From IMG/VR virus record IMGVR_UViG_3300009983_000002: a DNA stretch of 14,034 bases, one strand, 5' to 3'. Of the stretch, positions 1-8,300 are shown piece after piece. Under the pieces are notes generated by a model, which saw only the letters and a program-made list of their open reading frames with translations, was not told where the DNA came from and did not search any database. This DNA comes from a virus. Lineage: Duplodnaviria > Heunggongvirae > Uroviricota > Caudoviricetes. Position 1 is the first letter of the stretch. Each line of letters begins with the position of its first letter. The position numbers and the translations under genes were made by a program.

Positions 1-834
1 AACATGGCTATGGCGGAGATGACCGCCAACACGCTGGAATTCCAAGTCGCGATGGGCGAAGGCACCTACGTCGATCAGTTCCTGGCGGGCCTGACTCGCA
101 TGACCGAAGGCGCCCGCAACATGCAGGCGACGATGGGCGACCTGATGACTCAGGCCGCGACCTCGATCACGCAAGGGATTGGCGACTCCCTGGCCCGCGC
201 CATCGTCTACGCCGAAGACCTCCAAACGGCTCTGTATGATGTCGTGAACCAAGCGCTGTCGCAGTTGATCTCTGGCCTGATCCAAATGGGTATCCAGATG
301 ATCATCAACCAGATGATCGGCCAAGCCGCACAGACGGCGGCCACGACCGCCGCGACCACGGCGGGCGGCACGGTCGCGGGCGCGTGGGCCCCGGCGGCGG
401 CGGCGGTCTCGCTGGCGAGCTTCGGTAGCAACGCGGCTCCGGCCATGATGGGCATCGGGGCCACCTATGCCATGACCCAAGCCCTGTCTATGGCGGGCGG
501 CCTGGGCATGAAAGACGGCGGTGAAGTCATCGGGCCGGGCACCGGCACGTCTGACTCTGTCCCCCGGATGCTCAGCAACGGCGAGTTCGTGGTTAACGCC
601 CAGGCGGCGGCGGCCAACATGGGCACCCTCCAAGCCATCAACAACGGCGCGGTCGCTGGTGGCGGCATGGGCCGTGGCGGCGACGTGACGGTCCAAGAGG
701 CTCCGGTGACGGTTAACGCCATCTATGACCCTGCGGCGGTCATGGGTGCGATGTCGAGCGTCGAAGGCGAGCGGGTCATCATGACCGTGCTGGGCAACAA
801 CTCCGACAAGATTCGCAATCTCCTGTCGCGTTAA
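1..834 (+). CDS. Tail tape measure protein, C-terminal part (5' end outside window)
   Basis: Frame is open from base 1. Ala/Gly/Met/Gln-rich helical sequence followed by GGEVIGPGTGTSDSVPRMLSNGEFVVNA, a motif typical of siphophage tape-measure C-termini. Lies directly upstream of baseplate genes. Confidence 0.85.
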   Translation, partial: NMAMAEMTANTLEFQVAMGEGTYVDQFLAGLTRMTEGARNMQATMGDLMTQAATSITQGIGDSLARAIVYAEDLQTALYDVVNQALSQLISGLIQMGIQMIINQMIGQAAQTAATTAATTAGGTVAGAWAPAAAAVSLASFGSNAAPAMMGIGATYAMTQALSMAGGLGMKDGGEVIGPGTGTSDSVPRMLSNGEFVVNAQAAAANMGTLQAINNGAVAGGGMGRGGDVTVQEAPVTVNAIYDPAAVMGAMSSVEGERVIMTVLGNNSDKIRNLLSR

Positions 835-837
835 TCA

Positions 838-866
838 TTGACACTAACCACGATCTAGGTTAAGAG
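838..866 (+). promoter_or_regulatory. Putative sigma70-type promoter P1 (TTGACA-N17-TAAGAG)
   Basis: Perfect -35 at 838-843 in an AT-richer 38-bp gap. The -10 at 861-866 lacks the final T and doubles as an SD-like AAGAG. ATG 873 lies 6 nt after it. Confidence 0.5.
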
Positions 867-872
867 ACGACG

Positions 873-1790
873 ATGGCTGTAATCACGGGCACTTCGAACG
901 ACTGGAAAGACCTTCTGGCCGATCTCCGCACTTCTGCGGTCGCGAACGGCTGGACCGAACTCGACTACTCCACGGGCGGCACCGACGAAGAGCCGGATGT
1001 CCTCTACCTCGAAGGTCCGGGGATCACGATGGACGAGAAGGTCTACGTCCAAATCCGCACGCACGCCGACGTTGACGAACTCTACTACGGCTGGGAAATC
1101 CGCACGGCCATCGCGTTCTCGCCGGGCCTCGACTTCGAGAACCAGCCGGGCGTCAGCCCCGCGACCTACATGAACCTCGACGACGCGACGATCAACTATC
1201 GCTTCTACATCAACGATGGCCGCATCGTCGTCGTCGCTCGCATCTCGACGTTCGTCATGTCGTGCTACGCGGGCTTCTTCCTCCCCTTCGCCGACCCCAC
1301 GGAATATCCGTATCCGCTCTACGTCTTCGGCAGCAACCCCAGCATCAAGCGCTACACCAACGTCATCAATCAAGATCGCGGACTCGCGGGCCCAGGACAG
1401 AACTGTGCTCACGTTCGTTCGTCTGGCGGCCAGTGGCTTCCGGTCTGGAACTACAACGACAACGCCAGCTTCGACACGCCGCATGACGAGAACGGCTACA
1501 GCCTGTGGCCGCTCTACACCGGCCAAGCTTCTTCGCAGGCGACGGTCTCCTACAACCTCGATCTCCGTCCGCCGCAAGGCGAGACCGACGCACACGCCTT
1601 CTGGCCCGTCCACATTCACGGCGCTGCGGCCAACCTCGGCGTCCTCGGCGTTCTCGACGGCGTCTACTATGGCTGGAACTCGGTGCTGAACACCGAAGAC
1701 ACGGTCGATGTCGGCGCCGATGAATTCCGCATCTACCAGTCGATCAACCGCGCTGGGCTCAACAACTTCTTCTGGATGAAAGAAGAGTAA
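873..1790 (+). CDS. Virion structural protein (baseplate, receptor-binding-like), D3112/JBD30-type first post-tape-measure gene
   Basis: 305 aa with strong C-ending codon bias. The motifs 'FYINDGRIVVVARIST..SCYAGFFLPF..PTEYPYPLYVFGS' match my recollection of this family. The stop overlaps the next start (TAATG). Confidence 0.75.
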   Translation: MAVITGTSNDWKDLLADLRTSAVANGWTELDYSTGGTDEEPDVLYLEGPGITMDEKVYVQIRTHADVDELYYGWEIRTAIAFSPGLDFENQPGVSPATYMNLDDATINYRFYINDGRIVVVARISTFVMSCYAGFFLPFADPTEYPYPLYVFGSNPSIKRYTNVINQDRGLAGPGQNCAHVRSSGGQWLPVWNYNDNASFDTPHDENGYSLWPLYTGQASSQATVSYNLDLRPPQGETDAHAFWPVHIHGAAANLGVLGVLDGVYYGWNSVLNTEDTVDVGADEFRIYQSINRAGLNNFFWMKEE

Positions 1791-2854
1791 TGGCTTACAC
1801 TTCACATGGCGATGTCACTGACATCAACGACCTCGCTGGCCGTCTGAAGACGTTCGCTGTTGCCAACGGCTGGACGCTAGACGACGACTCGTGGCCGAAC
1901 AACATGAGCCTCCACAAAGGCTGTTGCTACATCCACTTCCGCCGCGAGACCTTCAACGACGACGACGCCAATGGAATCAACCGGCAGGATGACCGCATGG
2001 TCTATCACCTGTCCACGGGCTACGACGGCGCGCAACCAACGGCGACGCTGCGTTTCACCGGCCAACCCAACTCCCTTGTGACGGCAACGGACGACAGCGA
2101 CTTGCTGCGGACGAATGACCTGACTGGGCCGTTCGAAACCGTCCACCTGTTCTGCAACGACGACGCGGGCCCGCACTACATCTACATGGTAGTCGAGAAC
2201 GCGAAGACCGCAGGCGACGGCTTCTACTCGCACGTCTACTTCGGCGAGTATGATCGCAATGGCATGACCTACACGCCGGGCTTCGCCTGGGCCGGTGCGA
2301 CGTTCTATCAATGGTATGCCGCAGACATCGGCGGTCCCGGGATCAACGACTGGAGCGAGACCGGCAACATCGGCACGCATCACATGATGTTCGCGATGGA
2401 CTTGTCGGCTTCCGACAACCAAGTGCATGTGCGCTGCGACGGTGCGATGGACTCGACGTTCATCGTTCGCCAGCGTGTGCTCCCGCTCTTCCAACGCCTT
2501 GTCGGCGAAGAAGACCCGTGGGAAGACAGCACGAGCGGCGGCATCCTCCAAGCCTGCTTCGTTGCCGGTGCTCACCCAACCAACGGCGTGACCCCGCTGT
2601 TCCCCATTCCCATCATCGTCGGGCGTCTCTCCGATGGCACGATCTACTCGGTGTTGGGCCATGCCAAAGACCTTCGCGTGTGCTCGATGAAGGGACGCAC
2701 CCACGGCGAAGAAATCACTTTCGGCGGCGACACCTGGGTTCTCTTCCCCATGCGCCGCAGCCAACCAACGGGCCTGATCACGATGCCGACTTCTCCGGCG
2801 ATTGACAACACGAGCGCCCGTTACGGGTTCGCGATCAAGAAGAACGTGCCCTAA
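1790..2854 (+). CDS. Virion structural protein (baseplate), probable distant paralogue of the preceding gene
   Basis: 354 aa. The N-terminus (DINDLAGRLKTFAVANGWTL) resembles that of 873..1790 (DWKDLLADLRTSAVANGWTE). TAATG coupling at both ends. Confidence 0.7.
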   Translation: MAYTSHGDVTDINDLAGRLKTFAVANGWTLDDDSWPNNMSLHKGCCYIHFRRETFNDDDANGINRQDDRMVYHLSTGYDGAQPTATLRFTGQPNSLVTATDDSDLLRTNDLTGPFETVHLFCNDDAGPHYIYMVVENAKTAGDGFYSHVYFGEYDRNGMTYTPGFAWAGATFYQWYAADIGGPGINDWSETGNIGTHHMMFAMDLSASDNQVHVRCDGAMDSTFIVRQRVLPLFQRLVGEEDPWEDSTSGGILQACFVAGAHPTNGVTPLFPIPIIVGRLSDGTIYSVLGHAKDLRVCSMKGRTHGEEITFGGDTWVLFPMRRSQPTGLITMPTSPAIDNTSARYGFAIKKNVP

Positions 2855-4512
2855 TGGCTATCGGGGTCGTCTTCCCCGTAGCCGATGCCGCGCCGCCTTC
2901 TTGGACGGCCACGCATGTGGGCGCTGCGGCCTGGGGCGACGAGTTCCGGGCGGAGGACCCGCTTGTCTCCAACGATGTCAACGAACAAGACATCAGCCTC
3001 GGCGAAGCCAAAGGCATTGGCGTTCTCCACGAGGGGATGCTGGGCGACTACTACTACCGCGTCTACTTCATTCCGAGTTTCACGCTCACCGTTCGTAACC
3101 CGACGACGGACGTTCCGATTCCCTACTTCATCTGGAACGCCTTCTTCGACCCCAACGAAATCACGGCACGCGCTGAGACCGGCGACACCGGCATCATCAA
3201 CTCCGCCGATGTCGGCGAGACCTTCAAGCGGCTTGAACTCCGTGAATTTACGATCACGTTCACTGAAGACGCGCCGCTCACCGTCGATGCCGAATACGAC
3301 TACGAGTTCACACTCGGCGAAGCCATCTTCAATGTCATCGCCCTGCGTATCGGCGTCTTTGCCGACAGGCCGGAGATGCCAGCGCGTCGGCAACTATCCT
3401 ACTTCACTGACGTGTTGCAGGCGTGGGATGGCACGGAGCAGCGTATCAGCGTCCGCGATGAACCGCGTCTGACGCTGAACTACACCTACTTCCTGCCCAC
3501 GGAACCAGACATCCGCCGCTTCCGCGAACTCCTGTTTCGCGGCCTCGGTTCTGAATATGCGATGCCTCTGTGGGGTGACGCCACGAACCTCGCAACGGCT
3601 GCGCTGCCCGGGGCCACCGAACTCGATGTCGATCTCTCGCTGGCCGACCTCTACGAGGACGAATTCATTCTCGTCGAGACCCCAGTCGGCGAACAGTATC
3701 TCTTCCGCGTCGCCGAAATCGACGGCAACGAAGTCACAGTGGACACCGTCGTCGGTGCTGAAATCCCGGCAGGCTCTGCGGTGTTCCCAATGATCCGCGT
3801 GCAGGTTCAAGAAGGCGCGGGCATCTCGTCGTATCCGGTCAACGCGGGCACGGCGAACATCACTGGCATCTCTATGGAGACGCGCCTGTTGGGCGGCGCT
3901 GGCGGTGTTCTCACGACTTACAAGGGCACGCCGGTCCTGGAGCAAATTCCGCTCAACAACGATCAGGTCGAAGAAGACTTCCAACGCAAGCTGGAGACCT
4001 TCGACTACGGCGGCCAGATCGAAGTCTACTCGGCGCAACTCGTGAGTCGCGTCAGCGGCAACCGCACGTTCTGGATCGAGACCCGTCAAGAGCGCCAGGA
4101 CATGAAGGTGTTCCTCGACGCCGTCGCGGGGATGCGTAATCCCTTCTTCGCGCCGACGTTTCGCGACGACTTGATCCCCGCTGGGGACACCGGCAACGAA
4201 CGCTTCATCGACGTGCAGTCGGGGACGATGGTCGGCGACAACTACCTCACGACGTATTTCGACGCCGTGGGCTTCCGCGCTCTCCGCATCAAGACGCCGA
4301 CGCAAATCTATTACGCGACGGTGATCGCCGTCAGCCAGATCAATGCCGACACCGTTCGTCTGGAACTCGAAGAAGACTTCGAAGGCGAGCAAGATCAGAT
4401 TTCGCAAATCTCGATCATGCGTCTTTCACGTCTCGCCAGCGACAACGTCGGGGTCAAAGACTTCAACCTCGATTCCGAAATCACACTCAGCATCACGACG
4501 ACCGAACAATGA
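2854..4512 (+). CDS. Upper baseplate / distal-tail-like protein with two Dit-like halves
   Basis: 552 aa. YFTDVLQAWDGTEQRISVRDEPR is a typical distal-tail-like N-terminal motif. Lies directly before the hub gene with an ATGA overlap. Confidence 0.72.
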   Translation: MAIGVVFPVADAAPPSWTATHVGAAAWGDEFRAEDPLVSNDVNEQDISLGEAKGIGVLHEGMLGDYYYRVYFIPSFTLTVRNPTTDVPIPYFIWNAFFDPNEITARAETGDTGIINSADVGETFKRLELREFTITFTEDAPLTVDAEYDYEFTLGEAIFNVIALRIGVFADRPEMPARRQLSYFTDVLQAWDGTEQRISVRDEPRLTLNYTYFLPTEPDIRRFRELLFRGLGSEYAMPLWGDATNLATAALPGATELDVDLSLADLYEDEFILVETPVGEQYLFRVAEIDGNEVTVDTVVGAEIPAGSAVFPMIRVQVQEGAGISSYPVNAGTANITGISMETRLLGGAGGVLTTYKGTPVLEQIPLNNDQVEEDFQRKLETFDYGGQIEVYSAQLVSRVSGNRTFWIETRQERQDMKVFLDAVAGMRNPFFAPTFRDDLIPAGDTGNERFIDVQSGTMVGDNYLTTYFDAVGFRALRIKTPTQIYYATVIAVSQINADTVRLELEEDFEGEQDQISQISIMRLSRLASDNVGVKDFNLDSEITLSITTTEQ

Positions 4513-5315
4513 GCTATGTAGACGACGAGACATCAGTCCACGACGGGCGGCCAATCGAACTCTACAAGTTCGTGAACCCCATCCGCAGCTACTGCTATAC
4601 GTCTTACCACCGCACCATCGAATACAACGGGGATGTCTACGAGGCAATCCCGCTGAAGCGGTCGAGCTTCACCGGGGGTTCAACCCAGGACCCGCCGAAC
4701 CTCGACATCGAAATGCCGGTGAACAAAGAGGTCGTGCAGGATCACGCATTCCAAATCGCACCGCGTAGCCTCGACCTCACGATCTTCCGCCGCCACGGCG
4801 AAGCCGGTGAGACCGTTGTCTATTGGACCGGCCATGTGGCCTCGGTGTCGGCAAAGAACCGGACGGCCAAGCTCCGGGTCCCCAGCACGTTCGCCTCGCG
4901 GATGTCGCAGTCGATCCCGAACATCTACTATCAGTCGCAGTGCAACCACCCCCTCTACGGGACACGCTGCGGCGTTCTCCGTTCGGAATTCGTCGTCGAG
5001 ACCACGGCTGTCTCCTACTCCGGCGGGGCCTTCATCGCCGTTGGCAGCGTCGGCGGAGAGGCTGACGGCCACTTCAATGCCGGTGAAATCGTGCGGGTCG
5101 CCGATGGCGAGCGCCGCCTGATCACCAGCCAACAGGGGGTCAGCCTGTCCCTCAACTACCCGTTCCGCGAGATGAACCCCGGGGACGCCGTCGAAATTTA
5201 CGCCGGATGCGATCATACGATTGACACCTGCAAGGCGAAGTTCGATAACGTCGTGAACTTCGGCGGGCATCCTTACATCCCCACGATCAACCCCTTCAAG
5301 ACGAAACTGAGCTAA
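4509..5315 (+). CDS. Baseplate hub protein, DUF2163 / phage BR0599 family (lambda gpL-like, Cys cluster)
   Basis: 268 aa. N-terminus 'GRPIELYKF...YCYTS', then QCNHPLYGTRC and the C-terminal GCDHTIDTCKAKFDNVVNFGGHPYIP signature. Confidence 0.9.
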   Translation: MSYVDDETSVHDGRPIELYKFVNPIRSYCYTSYHRTIEYNGDVYEAIPLKRSSFTGGSTQDPPNLDIEMPVNKEVVQDHAFQIAPRSLDLTIFRRHGEAGETVVYWTGHVASVSAKNRTAKLRVPSTFASRMSQSIPNIYYQSQCNHPLYGTRCGVLRSEFVVETTAVSYSGGAFIAVGSVGGEADGHFNAGEIVRVADGERRLITSQQGVSLSLNYPFREMNPGDAVEIYAGCDHTIDTCKAKFDNVVNFGGHPYIPTINPFKTKLS

Positions 5316-5319
5316 CCCC

Positions 5320-8300
5320 ATGTGGATGCTTCTCTTCGTAGCCGTGCTCTTCATCGCCAGCCTGTTGCTGGCGCCGAAGCCCAAGCTCGAAAACGCGAAG
5401 GCCGCGAGCCTTTCCGACTTCTCGTTCCCGATGACGGACGAGGGGACGCCCGTGTTTTTGTTCTGGGGCCGGGTCAGGATCAAGGCTCCGAACGTCCTGT
5501 GGTATGGCGACTTCTTCGCCGAACCCATCAAGGAAAAAGTCAAGACCGGGATGTTCTCTTCGAAGAAGATCACGGTTGGCTACCGCTATCACCTTGGCAT
5601 CCAAATGGCGCTTGGTCTCTTCACCGGGGCCGGGCCGACGCTGCGCCGCCTGTGGTGGGGTGACAAGGAAATGTGGACGGGCACGTCCACGGGCGGCACC
5701 ATCGCCATCAATGATCCGAACTTCATGGGCGGCCACAAGGAAGGTGGTGGCCTTATCGGCACGATTGACTTCAACCCCGGCACGTTCTCACAGAACCCTT
5801 CGCCGTATCTGGAGCAAGAGCGCAACCTCGGGGCCGGGGATGTCCCGGGCTATCGCGGCTTGATTAACTTGGTCTTCCGGGGCAACACCATCGAGCAAAC
5901 GGTGGACGCTTTCGGCAAGGCCGTGATCCCCAAGGCCTTCCAGATTGGCGAGCGCCCTAATCTCGATCCCCTGAGTGTCGAAATCGAGCAGGTTCCAAAC
6001 CTGCTGGGCTTCAATACCGTTGGCCCCAACGGCGACTGCAACCCGATGGAGATGATCTACGACATCATCACCAGCGACTGGGGCCGCATGGCCCTCGCCA
6101 CGTCTACGGTCGATCTCGCTAGCTTCACGGCTGCGGCGCAAACGCTTGAGGATGAAGAGCACGGCATCGCCTACATGGTCCGGTCGAGCCAAGACGCCCG
6201 CGACGTGATCGAAGACGTGCTGAAGCAAATCGACGGCATGATCTACGAAGAGCCGACGACGCGCAAGCTCGTGATCAAGCTGATCCGTAACGACTACGAC
6301 GTGAACGCCCTGGTCGAGTTCGACCAAACGAACGTGCTTGAAGTCACGGAGTTTGCGTCTTCGCAATGGGAAGACACCTACAACCAAGTCCGCGTGGTCT
6401 TCCCCGACCGCGCGTCTGACTACGAAGAGAAGACGGCGTTCGCACAGGATTTGTCGAACGTCTCGATGCAGTCTCGCGTCCGCTCGTCTGAAGTGACTTT
6501 CGCGGGTGTCAGCAACGCCGCGCTGGCCCAATTCCTTGCCAGCCGCGAACTCAACTACCTCTCGATCCCGATCACGAAGGTCCGCATCGTCGTGGACCGT
6601 CGCGGTGCGCAACTGCGCCCCGGCGATGTCGTGAAGTTCTCGTGGCCGGAATACGGCATCAGTCAACTCGTTTGCCGCGTGCAACAGTTCGACTACGGCG
6701 AACTCGACAACAACCGCGTCGCCATCGACCTCGTGCAGGATCGCTTCGCGATCTCCAACACCATCTTCAGCCCGCCGCCGCCGACTCTGTGGGAACGTCC
6801 GCCTACGGACGCACCGCCGATTGAGAACTCGCGCATCATCGAACTGCCGCGCTTCCTCGTCAGCAAGATCGTCGAGAGCGAAACCACGCTGGGCGGCGAT
6901 GACGACTCCAGCTTCCTCGGCTACTTCGTCCAGCAACCGAGCGACTCTTCGGCGTTCTTCACCGCCGAAGTCACGGTCACGGGCAATGCCGAATACGGCA
7001 CGGATGTCGTCACCGGCACCTTCAACAACACGGCCACCCTCGTCAACGCCATCACCATCGAAGGCCTCGACGAATACGACACGACGGACGGGATTCAAAT
7101 CACGAACGTCCAAGAGCCCGGCCAACTCGTCACCGTCACCGAAGCCGAAGTCGAGACCGGCGCCAACATCTTCATCATCGGCGACGAAATCTTCGCCTAT
7201 CGCAGCGCCACACACCTTGGTGCTGGCGTCTATCGCTTGAACACCATCTGGCGCGGCGTGCTGGACACCAGCCCCCGCGATCACGACGCAGGCGAGCGCG
7301 TGTGGTTCTTCACCGACGAACTCGGCAACTTCGGGGAAAACTTCTTCGAAGGCGACGAAGACCTGTCGGCCCAACTCTACAATCGCAACGGGTTCCGCAC
7401 CAGCATCCCCGAAGGCCCGTTCACGGTCGATCTCCAGAACCGCAGCGAACGTCCGTATCCGCCGGATCAAGTCGAACTCGAAGGCGTGCCCTTCCTCGAC
7501 GAACTCGCGGAAGGCGCGACGCTGGACTTGACGTGGCATCGCCGCAATCGGAACGCCACTTCGATTACGCGCCCCGACGCCGCCGACGAAGCTCCGCACG
7601 AGACCACTGAATACTACGCGACGGTGTCGCGCCAGAATCAACCGGAAGAAGGCCCAGAGTATGATCTGGGCACCGGCACGTCTGGCGACCTGACCGACGA
7701 CAAGCCGGGCCTCGTGACCCTGCGCCTCTACTCGCGTGTGGACGGCGTGTCGTGCCTGTATCCCGTCTACCGTCGTTACATCAGCCGCAACCCATACCTG
7801 ATTTCAGCGCTGATCTCCAACGAACTGTCGCTGACGGCGAACCTCCGCAACCTGCCTCCTATCCAAATGGACGCAGAGCCGATCATGACGCTGACTCTGA
7901 TCGGCGACATGCAGAACATTGGCCCCATCGAACTCGAAGCCAACCTCGATGTCGATCTCGTTGTCACCGCAGACATGCAGAACAACGAGCCGAACTTGCT
8001 GTCCGCAGCGTTCGACATGGAGATGGCTCTGACCGGCGATCTCCTGAACTACGACGCCGAGCAAGAGCTTCAAGGCACGCTCGATGTCGATCTCTCGTTC
8101 ACGGGCGACATCAGCATCGAACGCTACTTCGAAGCCACGATGGACGTGGACTTGGAGATGGCGGGCTTGATCACCCAAGACGCCACGACTCCGCTCTTGG
8201 AGGGTTCGAACGACTTCTACTACACTGGCGCCGAACGTCGGTTCGTCGTCCCCGCAGATTGCTATGCGATCACCATCGACGCATGGGCGGGTGGCGGCGC

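Noticed and set aside
2802-5251. Intragenic TTGACA hexamers at 2802 (+), 2976-2981 (-) and 5221 (+)
   Set aside because: None has a -10 at 16-18 nt spacing. The 5221 copy has TAACGT only at 19 nt, so weak activity toward 5320 is possible but unsupported.
5320-5376. Apparent signal peptide or TM helix at the start of the 2250-aa protein
   Set aside because: Hydrophobic N-terminal helices are normal for tail plug and tip proteins. The context is virion structural, not a secreted adhesin.
3622-8097. Exact 18-nt match ctcgatgtcgatctctcg at 3622 and 8080 (15 nt also at 7945)
   Set aside because: It encodes LDVDLS using the preferred codons, and the flanks do not extend. Most likely coincidence plus codon bias.
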